This document shows, one piece after another, positions 14,325 to 28,681 of a stretch of 64,000 nt of DNA. A model generated the notes under the pieces. That model did no database searches. It worked only from the letters and a program-made list of their open reading frames with translations, and was not told the origin of the DNA. Made by a program: the position numbers and the translations under genes. This stretch comes from Octopus sinensis (taxonomy: Eukaryota): contig NC_043008.1 of the NCBI RefSeq assembly GCF_006345805.1, positions 53,816,001-53,880,000 on the forward strand, in the 5' to 3' direction. The first letter of the stretch is position 1, and each line of letters starts with the position of its first letter.

Positions 14325-16414
14325 CTCAAACCTTCCTGCCAGTCCATCGCCTTGATGTGGTAATTCATTTATCTATCCCAGAAAGGATGAAAATCAATGT
14401 TGATTTCAATAAGATTTGGATTCAGTAATCAATTGTCCCAATAAATATAACAAGTCATTTTGTCTGACACTCTAAAGACTCGACGAATTCGCCATCAATA
14501 CTGTTGTAACGGTGTTGTTGTTTTTGTGGTTGGCTTGCGTTGCCAGGCTTGATTGAGTAGACTTAAGATCATATGGATTCCAGTTGGCACTTTCGGCGTT
14601 TGAAAGACTGTATTGATTTAAAGTGTTCGCACTGTTTTGAACTCGATGAATCTAATCAACTGTTACTTATAACAATTTGAAAGATTCAGCTGCGATTTCT
14701 GTATTGCGAACTGGCTACCGTTTGGTTTAACATAATGAGAATTTTTTTCTGTTCAATAACACCTAGTAACTAACTCTAATCATTCCTCTCCAACCACAGA
14801 ATTTCTAAAGACTGGAATTTCCTTCATGCTGGTCTTATATCTTTTTGTGTTCTGCAGCGGATAATATACAGTTATTAAGCAAGTTCAGAAGACGAAGAAG
14901 ACAAGTATTTAAATTAAGCACTGACCCATAACATAAAAGTATATGATAAACGCATCAGTGTCCTAAGTATGTCCGCATATGGAAAGTCATTTTGTGTCTA
15001 CAGTATATATATATGAAGGCAAAGGTGACGATAAAGATATCAGCATAGTATAGGTTTAATATCGGTTACAATTGTTTCAGGAGCATTCCGTTCCTAACCA
15101 CATTAAATATATCTGATTACCTTATATTCTGGCATACAAATCGACGTCGTATATAAGGTAAACAAATAATTTAAACAATCAAATATCATCATTATTTTTC
15201 TAAAATCTTGTTGTATTTTATATAGACTTTTTATCCTCCCACGTAGTTTTAGTGTATGAACTGTGAATTTTGGTTTGAAAAATCTGACTTGTACAGTAAA
15301 TACGGCGCGTGTGATAAATCTCACAAGACTTATATAAAATTATTCTTGGTTGAAGCAATGAAGAAAGGCACCTCTTCAGACACCTTCTAAATTTTGTTAT
15401 TATACATAATAGAATAAAACAAGTTTAATATATGTGTTGGCAAGTGCATTATTTCAGTTCGTGGTCTGAGCTGCGAAAATATTCTTATATGTTCATTTTA
15501 TTTTTAACATTTGCTGTGTGAATGAATCTAAATCACAAAATTTGATTTCGACCATCGATTAGTTGAATGTATGTAGCCCACATAAGAAATCAATGTGTAC
15601 GGTGAGGGGATATTTATCACCAGCGACGATTTCATCTGGCAAATGAATGGAGTTCTATCTTCAGAGAAGTTTCCGGTTTTGATCTTGCATCAGAAGAATC
15701 TAGCCTCAAGAAATTTATATTGTATTTGCAGGTATGTGTACGAGACTACGTATTTGTCTAAAGATATAAAGAGATAAAGATACATACATATACATATTCA
15801 AACACATACATACACACCCATACGTATATTATATATATAAAAATACATACGTACATAATACCATCACTTTCAGTTATAGGAGTTATATTACATTTATTCC
15901 TTCATTACTCTCGTTTCCACAAGACTTGGGTCCGGTCCGTGGCTGTGTGGTAAGTAGCTTGCTTACCCACCACATGGTTACCTCATTAAAACATATCAAG
16001 AAGCATTTAGAAGATAGAGATGATAGTTTGTAAGTGGAACAGGAAAAATATGCAAGAATTTTCTCAAATTCCACAAGTGACATTGTTTTATTATCAACAT
16101 TCCAATGGTGGAGCTATGTAACGCTGTTAGAAAGCAGCTCCTTCTTTACAGGAATAATTAAAATAATTTACAGGAATAATTAAATAATAAGAGAATAATT
16201 AAAGGAATAATTAAAATAATAAGAGAATAGCATAATACATAAAAACGTGCGTATGTGCATCGAACATTTATTGAGTGAAGGATTCAATACCAAGGTTAGA
16301 GTCAAATATACTATAAATCTGTGTAATGAAATCTCAATACTCCCCTGAAGTCTTACTAAACTAGTTGAGTATGCCGACAGGTGAAACTAGGCGTCTTAGT
16401 CAACAACACGAAAT

Positions 16415-16850
<436 letters not shown>

Positions 16851-17344
16851 GGGGAGTTATTTATAAATATATGCGTGGTACATATATATATGAAGAGGTA
16901 TGTATACATTACGTATTTATATGTAGGCATATCTGTGCGAGTGTGTGTTTTATCGCCGTCTGGATTTCAATTACTGCTAGATGCAAAAGCTAGATCTCAA
17001 CAAACTAATTGTCACAGAATTCCTTGTCTAGTGCTCTTCTGATATACAGAACCACACAGCAGGTGTTGTAAACAGTGTATAACTACATCCATTGACGTCA
17101 CTACAGATAAAACAAATATATCAAGCAACATTTTCTTTCACTCAGCAGCATTGTTAAACATTAAATGTCAATTCAATTTTCGTTTGTGTCACCTGTTCGT
17201 TTAAAGTAATGGAAATGCGCGCATAAATTATTTGCGTTTATCGTGCATTGGAAATATATAGTAGCAAACGAGTAGATGCATAAATAGGTACTCAGACGAT
17301 ATATACATATAGATATGTGTGCTGTCTATATGTGTGTGTGTGAC

Positions 17345-17404
<60 letters not shown>

Positions 17405-17409
<5 letters not shown>

Positions 17410-17570
17410 TTACTCTTTTACTTGTTGCGGTCATTTGACTGTGGGCATGCTGGAGCACCGTCTTCAGTCGAGCAAATCAGCCCCAGGACTTATTCTTTGT
17501 AAGCCTAGTACTTAGTCTATCGGTCTCTTTTGCCACAGACGGACACACAAATATATAAAGACACCCATAG

Positions 17571-17644
<74 letters not shown>

Positions 17645-17654
17645 AGGAGAGAGG

Positions 17655-17727
<73 letters not shown>

Positions 17728-17888
17728 CTTATATACGACGGGCGTCTTACAGTTTCCTTCTACCAAATCCACTCACAAGGCTTTGGTCGGCCCGAGGTTA
17801 TAGTAGAAGACACTTGCACTAGGTGCTACGCAGTGGGACTGAACCCGGACCGATGTGGTTCATAAGCAAGCTACTTACCACGCAGCCA
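17405..17888 (-). mobile_element. SINE family B split by expanded microsatellites
   Basis: The 3' part (17405-17535) and 5' part (17730-17888) are reverse complements of 19031-19440. Confidence 0.85.
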
Positions 17889-17934
17889 TACATCAATTTA
17901 TATCAACATGTATTTATATACCTCTATGTATATA

Positions 17935-17984
<50 letters not shown>

Positions 17985-18112
17985 GGGCATATATATGTAT
18001 ATATATATAAGTGTATATATATGTATATGTATATATACATATATATACATACATATACACACACTCTATATATATATATATAAATATATATATATACATA
18101 CATACATACATT

Positions 18113-18149
<37 letters not shown>

Positions 18150-18369
18150 TATATATATATACTCGACAGAGCAAGTGGCGTGAATCAGGAGCATCAACCC
18201 AGTGGAGTTTCTACCGAATTCTTCACACAGCATATGACTAATTTTAAATGAATAGAAAACGTGGACAAATACCTTTGCTCAGTGCAGTGACCCATAAAAG
18301 ACACAATATATAAAAAAAACGTTTTTTTTTTATAATAGTTAACATACTGGGTGAAGACAGTATTAGATT

Positions 18370-18660
18370 TGGTAACTCCATCGGTTACGACGACGAGGGC
18401 CCCAGTTGAGTCGACCACGGAACAGCCGACTTGTGAATTAACGTGTCTGTGGCTGACGTAATTCTCAGGTGAATTCATTCAGTATGACTGTCAAAAGGCT
18501 GGCCCTTTGGATTAACGGTACGACTTATTTTTGGCAGCTCAGTGGATTGGAGCAACGTGAAATAAAACGTCTTACTCAGGGACACAACGCGTTGCCGGGA
18601 ATTGACCTCACAATCATAAGATTGTGAGCTGAAATCGCTAACCGCTAACGTGCACCTTCA
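18370..18660 (-). mobile_element. SINE family C, decayed
   Basis: CTCCATCGGTTACGACGACGAGGG...GAATTAACGTG...GGAGCAACGTGAAATAAA is homologous to 61934-62290. Confidence 0.8.
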
Positions 18661-18740
18661 TGAATTAGATAGTATAGCAAGTTTAAACATTACCATCACA
18701 ACACCTTCTCCTTCTTTCTGTCTCTCTCTGTCTGTCTGTC

Positions 18741-18830
<90 letters not shown>

Positions 18831-18985
18831 CACCCGTTTATCATTTGTGTCTTTCTAGCTAGCTTCTTATCTATGTAACTTTCGCTTATTTTTTGTTTTA
18901 GTCATTAAACTGTGGTTATCATATAAAGACAGTTTAGTCAAACACACACACACACACACACACACATATAGACATACATATATAC

Positions 18986-19030
<45 letters not shown>

Positions 19031-19033
<3 letters not shown>

Positions 19034-19440
19034 AGTGAGTGTGTGGTAAGTAGCTTGCTTACCAACCACATGGTTCCGGGTTCAGTCCCACTGCGTGGCA
19101 CCTTGGGCAAGTGTCTTCTACTATAGCCTCGGGCCGACCAAAGCCTTGTGAGTGGATTTGGTAGACGGAAACTGAAAGAAGCCCGTCGTATATATGTATA
19201 TATATATGTGTATGTGTGTGTTTGTGTATCTGTATTTGTTCCCCCAACATCGCTTGACAACCGATGCTGGTGTCTTTACGTTCCCATCACTTAGCGGTTC
19301 GGCAAAAGAGACCGATAGAATAAGTACTAAGCTTACAAAGAATAAGTCCTGGGGTCGATTTGCTCGACTGAAGGCGATGCTCCAGCATGGCCACAGTCAA
19401 ATGACTGAAACAAGTAAAAGAGTAAAAGAGAAATAAAAGA
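19031..19440 (+). mobile_element. Near full-length SINE family B
   Basis: tRNA-like head (GTGTGGTAAGTAGCTTG...GGTTCAGTCCC), ACCTTGGGCAAGTG core, internal (TA)/(TG) microsatellite and tail CCAGCATGGCCACAGTCAAATGACTGAAACAAG(TAAAAGAG)n. Several homologous copies occur in the window. Confidence 0.92.
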
Positions 19441-19800
19441 GATATTTGTGTATGTTTATAAAGATAAATTACATAGAGAGATACGATTGATAATCCAATA
19501 ATTTATTTATAATATTATAATATTGCATAATATTCTGTGAATATAACATAATGTTATGTAAGATAAACAATTACTAAAAAAACAAAAAAGCCAACAAATT
19601 GTTTCGGCTTATATATAAATTATTTTCTCATATGCATACACAATAACAGTTCCCATATATATAATGCCACTTCAAGGCCATGGTTTAAAGATACACGAAA
19701 TTCCGTGCGAAAGGACGGCTGGATTGTACCAATATTTATATGGTATTCAATTTATAACACACCCCTTTGAAGGATTTCTTTTCCATAGTATGTTACTTTA
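19440..19800 (-). mobile_element. PLE-like terminal region with a degenerate hammerhead (19590-19678)
   Basis: On -: gcc-TTGAAGT-ggcattatatata...tatatataagcc-GAAA-caatttg-TT-ggc. All three stems pair, but the core carries two substitutions. Confidence 0.55.
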
Positions 19801-19844
19801 TATATATGTATGTATGTATATATATATATATATATTATATATAT

Positions 19845-19888
<44 letters not shown>

Positions 19889-20053
19889 AACAATTAAGGA
19901 TAAAATCTTAATAAGAAATCTTAACAAGAAAGTATCAGGTAGTTAGCGTGAAAAACCTCATAAGAGAAAAAAATCTGAAAATATTTTGGTATTAATGACT
20001 TTGAAAGTCCTTCCTAGCGTGTGGCATTTATGTGTAATAATGCCCTCTATACA

Positions 20054-20099
<46 letters not shown>

Positions 20100-20102
<3 letters not shown>

Positions 20103-21035
20103 CAAGTTTGGGGGATTAATCGTTATGCGGTTATTCTGTTTCAGGTAATACAAAAATAACCTAATGTGTATATCTGACTGTAAACTCATTGTATTAGTTT
20201 GCACATCACGAAATAATACTTAAAGAATATAACCAAAATTACCGGCACGGTATATGATATACTTCATTAATTATATCATACTTTAGTTAATACTTATATT
20301 TATTAAATATGAAGGAACTGCACGTGTTTCAGTATTGGGAGATTATAATATATATACATATACTACTGTATGTCCACATTTATACATATATAAATATAAT
20401 AATTCTAACAAATCTTCTGGTCCTATTAGAAAATATTATATATCTAATTTTACATCCCCTTAAAAATAAGCAATACAATTAAGCATTAAAGATTAAAAAT
20501 TAAGAATTAAAAATTTAAGAATAAAAATTCTACTTTGTAATAATCACGAATTAAAATTTATAAATTATGCATTATAAATATGAATTATTATATATATCAA
20601 TCATCTAAAATCAAGTATCCGTCAAATACAGAATGTGAGATATTAGATTAAACATCAGAATAAAACTGTCTTTTTAAATGTGATATATAACACGAAAATA
20701 CATATCTTCCTTTTTTGCTCGGAAACATGGGTATTTATAGGGGGTTAGTACCAATGGGGGGGGGGGGTAATTATACTATACATAGTATTAATTTTAAATT
20801 ATCCTCTATCATTATTTTCAAATTTACCTATATTGGGAGGTATATATAGTTTGTTATTATATACTTCTGGTAATATTTAATTCATATATTTATTTTATTT
20901 TAATTATTGCATTATTTTGTAATTATTTATAGATAAATATATAAATATATGATAAATAAGACCCCAAAGTACGATATGTAGATGCATATAACGCTGAATG
21001 GTTACACCTGATTGATTTGGAAATTTGTTTTCACA
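20100..21035 (-). mobile_element. Highly decayed PLE-like 3' region between (TA)n tracts
   Basis: Weak endonuclease-like remnant (NNAIIKIK, PEVYNNKLYIPP), followed downstream by a decayed hammerhead ggac-CAGAAGA...GAAA-cacgtg-CA-gttcc (20423-20314). Confidence 0.4.
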
Positions 21036-22579
21036 AATTATATACATATATATATATATTAATCAATATAGGGTGGCAAAAAAAAATTTTGTAGAATTTT
21101 TTTGCCACCAGCGGCCTAGTGGGAAAAAATTAAATAGTCATAGACCATTTTTAAGTTCACATCAACAATCAAGGAACGGCCATAATAGGCCATTCACCCA
21201 CTAGAAATAACAGCCAAAGCTTCAACCGCAAATAAAAATCAATTCCGTAAACAGGAGAAAATTTAAAAAACATTCATATATATATATATATATATCACAA
21301 TTTACTATGCGAACCGTGTAGGTAGTATATATGCATCGTTGAAGTGTTCTGATAACGTCGAATAATGTGCATTACCGTCACACGTTGTCTTTATGACGAG
21401 AACGACTCCTACAATGCGTTTTCTATAGAACACAAAATTTCAATTGATTATTGTGGATACTTTCTTTGCTGTTGTTTACAGAATGTTAGCTGTAATAATA
21501 ATAATAACGTTAGCTGTATAAGAATTAGGTGGATAACTTTTTTAAGCGAAGTGCTTTAACTCATTACATTGCATCTATGAAATCCTAGAGTATTTGTATT
21601 TCGTAGACAGAACGCTTTGCCAGGGTATTTTCTCTCCACCATACTGTTATGCTCCGGATGATACTTGGGCTAAGATTCGGTGAAGTAGGCTTGAACCTGA
21701 AATTACGTAATTGCTAAGGGAACAACATAACCAAATAGCCATGTGTGCGCCAATGTGCTTGTAAAATTCTGGCTAACAATAGCACATTAAAACGTCCAAC
21801 CTGTTGAATTAGGTGTTTAGAGTCCTTCTAATAAATAAACTAAACTAACTGGAAAAAAAGTATTATTTATAGAATTCAACTTTAAGAGGAACAATTATAG
21901 CCATGAACCATTGAAAAGAAAGTAGCAGATATACAAATAGACTGGACGTTTTACATTCTATATTCACAAAACACACCCGAACTGTTAGCTGGAAGTGTCA
22001 CGTTTCTTTAAACTGTTGAATCATTTTCTGCGTTAACTTGATAAAGGAGATTTACCTTATAATATTGTAAGTATCCAACCGGTATTTCCGGACGATTTTC
22101 TGTCTTCTTCCGATATATATATATTGTATTTTTAACAGCACAACTACAAAACTTTCGACAAAAGCCGCAGCATCTTGCTTGTCAACGGATGTATCATAAT
22201 ATTAAATATATTAGGTATGCTACATAGATGGTTATTTTAATTTAAAGCTGCTTCAATCGCTTAGATCTGATTTTTATTCAGTCCAGCGGGTATTTAGTGA
22301 ATGTATTATTCAATTTCCTATACATCGGAACCAACGAATCACACTTAGGCATGTGGCTGCGTGTGCACGTCAATGACAAAGCCGAAATGCTTCTGACGTT
22401 CTCACTAGCCTCTTCCGGGACTACATTTCCACTCCTTTCGATATATCGTGTACCTTTTTAAGAAATGTCTTCTGTTGCAATTATTCGGATGCAAATCTGG
22501 TCTCAAGACACCCAGCTCTCATTTGGTCGTCGTCGCTATCATCTTTTCCTCTGGTTAAATAATGTCTACGAATGTTGTC

Positions 22580-22775
22580 ACAAGTCCTGCGATTTAAAGC
22601 AGAGGAGGTAAATACATTACATTGACCCCAGTTCTCAAACGTTGTCTATTTTATTAACCCTGGAAGAATGAAATGCACGTTCGACCATCGCAGCATTTGT
22701 ACTTAGAACATGAAGTCAGAAGAAACGCCGCTAAACATTTTGTTTGGCAAAGGTTCTGTTATCCTGCCACCTCAA
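22580..22775 (-). mobile_element. SINE family A, decayed
   Basis: TTACATTGACCCCAG...GAATGAAATGCACGTTCGACC...GCCGCTAAACATTT. Confidence 0.7.
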
Positions 22776-23509
22776 TCTAGCAGCTCGCTAGGAATTAATA
22801 CAACTACTTTATATGTCATTAGTATGTTCATGCAAGTTCAATATTCCCAACTTCACTGAGTAGGCGATGGAGCAAAAAATTTTGAAGTCCCCTTAAGAAA
22901 TAAAGCAAAACGTGGGCAATAAACAGTTGGTAAAATGTCGTATTTTGAGAGAAATCGAAATGGAATTTATGCCATCTTATTTCAAAGGTTGATGTCTTTC
23001 ACTGAATTGAAAGCTTTCCATCAGACATAAAACACGACTTCTTAAGTACTTCTTAAATATATTACCGAAAGATTTATTGTCTACATTTGGCAAATATCAA
23101 CGGGATTATTCCAGGGAATATTAACATAATCCCATGCTTTTTAAAATGCCATTTATATTATCTCCCGTAAAATAGTTACTCAAAGACCAATTGCCTCGCT
23201 TTTTCTCCTCCGTCTATCTTCATATTTTTTTATCACAGGTTTCATAGTGACGTCTAACCCCAGTTGAAAAATAAGAGGTCAGGTAGATGGCTGCAGCATG
23301 CCAGGTGTTGTGTGCGTTTGTCAAATTTGCCGGCCACTTAATCGTTATATGGAAACTGACACATTCAATAACAAAATTATGGTTAAGATACAAGATAGAG
23401 GATAGTGGCCTCGTGCTCACCACCACTGGTGTACCGAGAGCACTGACGATGGACGGGATGTGTGGCATCTTAGCCATCGTGCATGATGCATGTACAAGTT
23501 GTAGACCAT

Positions 23510-23910
23510 AAATGATGACGATCATGATCATGAGACTCATCATGCGATAGTGATAAGGATGATGATGATAAGGAGGAGGAGGTCGGTGTGTAGGTGAGGA
23601 AATGATGCTGATAGTGACGATCAATTCGAAGATGACGGCGACAACGATGAGTACGGCGTTGGCGGAAATGACGACGATGACGACGACGGTGAGAATAATG
23701 ATGATGATTTTGTTTGTGATTGTGTTGGCGGTGGTGGTGGTGGTGGGGCTGCTGCCACTGCTGCAGCTGATGATGATAATGATGACGACGGCGACAGTGA
23801 CGACGACAGTGATAATGACGTAGGTGATGGTAATGGTGATGATAATGGTGAATTTGATGATGATGATGATGATGATGATTTGGAGGAGAAGGAGGAGATG
23901 ATGAGGAAGA
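23510..23910. repeat. Mixed (GAT/GAC/GGT/GGA)n low-complexity tract
   Basis: Directly visible. Confidence 0.9.
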
Positions 23911-25139
23911 CACTTTTGAACACATATATTTAGCACTTATATATCTCGTCGTACGATCGCCTCAGCTCAGAGTCTGGTGTGCTGGTAATTTACTTTCCAG
24001 TCAAATGTGGCAGTAACATAGAAGGTGTCACTTCTATTGACTATACCACCTGCTCCTTTGCTGATTATGCTAATAAAAGTAGACTTTATCGCTAAGAGAA
24101 ATATCATCGTAAAATAAAAACATCTGTAAATCACTAAGTCAGAATTTCTCAAAGTATTTCCTTTACTTTTTTCATCTTTATTTTACAAAGTTATTTCTCC
24201 CTTACTGAGTTTTCTTTGATCATTAAATAGAAAGCAAAATTAAAACCAAAACGTTTTCTTTCTTTCATTTCTAAAATCTTATTCGTAAAAATAAAACTTA
24301 ACTGTAGAGTGTACAATTCCTTAACAATAGCCACTGCACACCACTCGACTTGCAATTCGGTTTCTGACAATTGTTTAAAAGATAAACCAAAGCAGTGACG
24401 CAGTAGAAGTAGTAGAGTGTCGGCTTAGAGCCTGAGACATTTGTTAGTACCTAGTAAAATACATTGACGGGTTTGTAAAATTTGTTCGAAGAGATTAATT
24501 ATAACTACATGATGACATTTTCTGGAAAGCAGACCTGTTGTATAATCCTTCACCACCATGAAATAAATTCCTCTCTTTATGTTTTTTTCTCTTTAGCTTG
24601 GATGAAAAATATCAGGAAAGCCTTTTAAACCAAAATAAAAAAATTATTTTCTCTCTATAAGAAATGTCTAGCTTCGTAAAATGTTTGAATTACTTTTGCT
24701 TATATTTTTTAAGCTATACCTTACTGACGCTAACCAAAATGATGGATTGGCACTATATATTGACGACATGAAGCTAACATCTTTACAATGTGTAAAAGAA
24801 GAAAAGTAAAATATTTAATGTGTGTACTTTATATATCTTTATTCTTTGATGTAAATTCCAAACTTTCAAATCAGGCCCAACTTAACTAGACGGAATTGTT
24901 TCCCCCAATAACAGTTAGTCAACAGGGTACAGCACGTGTTTGAAGATTTTAAATTCTGAATTAAAAACATTCGATATGACATTACTGTCCATAACGCAGT
25001 GAGTTAAATTTAACACAAGCAAACTTACTTGTCAATAACAGAAGTACTATGAATAACGACAGACCATCATTTGTTGCCGTTGAAAATAAAAAAAGAATAC
25101 TAAGCGTCAGTCAACTCCAAGCAAAGGAAAAAGCGAAGA

Positions 25140-25400
25140 AGAGGGTTGTGGGAGAAGAGAAAAGAAGAAGTTTCCTTATCCGAAGAATCATTAGAAGAAA
25201 ACAGCTATATTTCGGTTTTTCAAAGAAACCTAGGTGGCTCTATATGCACTGGAATTAAAAGTTGAAGGAAGCTCCACTCTGTGAAAGGATTTATGCGTTC
25301 TCACTAACAAAGCAGGGCCTGTATGAAGTGTTCAGGGTTGAAGACGAAACTAGAAGGTAAAGAGAGACAGACGGGTAGATGGACAGACAGAATTAGAGAG
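25140..25400 (+). mobile_element. Possible RTE-clade LINE C-terminal fragment
   Basis: RRSFLIRRIIRRKQLYFGF and KTKLEGKERQTGRWTD resemble the RTE motifs IxxRQLxFFGH and GxxEGKRxRGRPxxRWxD. Confidence 0.4.
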
Positions 25401-25789
25401 AGTGAGATATAGAGATTCAGCTGCCCAACAGACTTGCCCCTAGACTGCTATTACAATATATGGTCAAAGGTGTTGATATTTACCTTGACCCTTGATTTAC
25501 TGACATTTTCATAGCATATTAAAGATAGGTATTGATTGCAAACGCGGTGTGACATGTTGTCTGATAGAGTCGCCATGGACTTCTTGTTCGTGATGAGCCC
25601 CAACGACCACAATGTTATAAAGGGATCAGAGAAGTAAATTTGACTCGTGGGACAAGGCAGAGATCTCAATTGCTATATGTGTACGAGTGGGAGCCACTTA
25701 AGGGGATAATTAGCAGAGGTGGAAAATAAAAGGCAATAAAATGAAAAAAAAAATAATGTTTGATAACAGCAGAGTTTGTAATAATGATT

Positions 25790-25950
25790 TACAATTTTGG
25801 CACAAGGCCAGTAAGTTCTGGCATGGGTGTATCAATTAGAATGATCCCAGTGCTCAACAGGTACTTATTTTATCGATCCCGAAAGACCCCGAAACATGAA
25901 TGTAATGACAGACGGACGGCATGCTAGCAATTTTGCCTACTCGCCGCCTT
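25790..25950 (-). mobile_element. SINE family A, internally deleted
   Basis: TTTTGGCACAAGGCCAG...GGTACTTATTTTATCGATCCCGAAAG...CTCGCCGCCTT. Confidence 0.75.
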
Positions 25951-26639
25951 ATCAAAGGTTGTAATAATAATAGCCTCCTGAGGAGAAGACCATAATTTCA
26001 ATTGATGTTCCCTGCTGATCCTACTTTTCTGCTACTGTAGCTACAACATTCTTCAGTGGGCCTGGTTGAGCATTATTCGACTTAATAACTATTCGCCTGA
26101 AATTGCTAGCCTTGTGCAAAATTCGAAACCGATATTATTATTGTTAATGCACGTTTTATAACCATACATCAAGATGGAAATATTTTCAAACACTCCCGAT
26201 CAACATTCAGAGCAATTGCATTGATTTACAAAAGAGTTAATTAAACCATTTCGCAGGCGATGTTTAAAGAGGAAATTGACATTTGATGCAGCTGATAATA
26301 AGGAAAGGTACACATAGAGTATTTACAGAACAACAACAACGATACATACATATTCATTACGCATACACATTAGACACACACACGCATATATATTTGTATG
26401 TGTTTTTGAATATGTATATATATATATATATGCACACACATATATATACGCATATATATATTAATATATATGTATATATATTTATATAAATATGTGTGTG
26501 AGAGAGAGTTTATGTATATATGGATATATATATCTATATCAATCAATCAATCTCTCTCTCTCTCTCTACATACACACGCACGCGCATATAATATATGGCG
26601 GGGTGCGGATAATGGTATATATATATATATATATATATA

Positions 26640-27260
26640 TAACTAAGGTAGGAAAGTCAATATACAAAACATTTTAAGTACATTTAAAACAAAGAATGTA
26701 CATATGTTTACTTATAAAAAGGTCCGACTTACACAGAATAGAAATGGTATCAGGAAATAAAGTGGTTGAATAAGAGTTTTATGAGACCAACAGCCACTTT
26801 TTAGGGGTTGGGGGTCCAAAATAACGATTGTAAATTGATTCCATCATCGGAGAGTACCAGCCTCCCTCTTCATTTGAGGTGTAGACACCTCAAATGTAAA
26901 GCTTCTTCCTTGAAGATGGAGGCTGGTATTATCCGATGATGGAATCAGCTTAATCATTATTTTGGACCACCAACCCCCAAGTAACAGCACGTGCACCTTC
27001 TTTGGGGGATGACTAATACTTTATTATCTCCCTTTCTTTCAAACTCTCTTATCAGAAATTTTTTCCAATCAGTTTCCATACTTGACCGCTAAATCCACAA
27101 GTCTTTTTTATTCTCTCTCTGTTTATTCTCTCGTATTCCTTTTGGTTGAAGAGCATAGGCTCGAAGTGTAAACACTTTCATACTTCTCCGAGCGTCAAAC
27201 TAATACATGTTCTTGTTGTTCATACACCGGTCTTCGCCTTTTGTTTTTCTATGAATTTCA
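26640..27260. mobile_element. Fold-back PLE-like remnant with an internal inverted repeat and a decayed hammerhead (27146-27172)
   Basis: Inverted arms at 26804-26872 and 26911-26978; TTGAAGA-gcataggctc-GAAG-tg-TA near the right end; TA-rich repeats on both sides. Confidence 0.55.
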
Positions 27261-27518
27261 ACTATACATGCATATATACAGAGAGGGAGAGAGAGGAGAG
27301 GAAGAGCGAGAAATTGATAGATGGATAGATATCCATATATACATAAATATTCATACAAACACACAAATACGTATAAATATATACATATGTATATATATAT
27401 ATATATATATATACATATGTATTCATATATATATACATATATATATATATTCATAAATATATATATATATGTATGTATATATATATGTGTGTGTGTAGGT
27501 GTGTGTATATATAATGGA

Positions 27519-27549
<31 letters not shown>

Positions 27550-27809
27550 AATATATATTATATATAAGGTAGGCAGATAGATAGATAGATAAATAGATTG
27601 ATATAGACGATTTACGCTGTGTGTGTATATATGTGTGTGTACATATTCTATATACATACATACACACAAACCTGCACGTACATACATATACGTATGGACG
27701 GATGACGGATTGATGCATGTGATATTGTGCCGACAGTGGTGGTCGTATTGGCGGAAGGGGCGCGCCTTACGATTGCGATATACAACATCTAGGCGTCACT
27801 GACCGAGAT

Positions 27810-28622
27810 TGGTGATGATGATGATGATGTTGATGATGATGATGAGGATGATGATGATGACGACGTCGACCACGCCAGTGATGTTGGTGATGATGTTTTA
27901 TGATTTGGTGGCATCGGTGGCGGGGGCGCTGTTGATGACGATCACCATGGCAACGACCACGACAACGACGACAACGACGGCTGTAACAATAACAATAATA
28001 AAAGAATGCAAAACAAGAAGACGCTTGGTTATTAATGACGCAAGTAATTAATATACGTGTATGAAATTATTTAACGGAAGCTGGACGAGAGAGAGAGAGA
28101 AAAGGATAGAGAACGAAAGAGAAAGAGAGAGGAAGAGAGAGATAGAGATAGAGAGGAGCGGGAGGGGCAGAAGGGAGAGGGAGACGGAGATAGGAAGAGA
28201 GAATAATGGTCGTTATATAGATTAATCGATTTAACATAAAAAGAATATAGAACACGTATAAAAGTAATTTAACGGATATAGCACAGAAAGCCCTATATTA
28301 TATCGTGTTATTTGTTTCTGCTCGTAACAGAGAGAATTCACGCCAAATTTAGCAAATTTAGTGTTTCTTAAATTGACTATCCAATAAGAGAGGAGCGAAA
28401 TTGGCATTTATTACTGTTATTATTACTATTGTTTTGTTGTTATTATTGTTGTTGTTGTTGTTGTTGTTGTTATTATTATTATTATCATTATTATTATCAT
28501 CATCATCATCATCATCATCAGCATCATCATCATTATCAGCATATTATCATCATTATTATTATTATTATTATTATATTATTATTATATTATTATTATTATC
28601 ATTATCATTATTATTATTATCA

Positions 28623-28681
<59 letters not shown>

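Noticed and set aside
15980-16085. Possible mariner C-terminal fragment (TSLKHIKKHLED)
   Set aside because: No catalytic motif is visible.
16148-16230. Short tandem repeats (also 12535-12580, 39848-39905, 53330-53376) as possible CRISPR-like arrays
   Set aside because: These are adjacent slippage duplications with no unique spacers and no cas genes.
16340-16410. Hammerhead-like GAAA-ctagg-cgt-cttag-TC with upstream CTGAAGT
   Set aside because: Stem III pairs, but stem I does not and the CUGANGA core is broken; too degenerate to call.
21072-21109. GGTGGC-A(n)...T(n)-GCCACC hairpin resembling a terminator
   Set aside because: Eukaryotic context with a mostly homopolymer stem; probably a transposon end remnant.
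22416-22432. GGACTACATTTCC resembling a ZNF143/STAF-associated promoter motif
   Set aside because: Single imperfect match with no other promoter evidence.
23220-23936. 238-aa hydrophobic ORF and overlapping His/Ser-rich ORFs
   Set aside because: All three minus-strand frames stay open only because of trinucleotide repeats; no recognisable domain.
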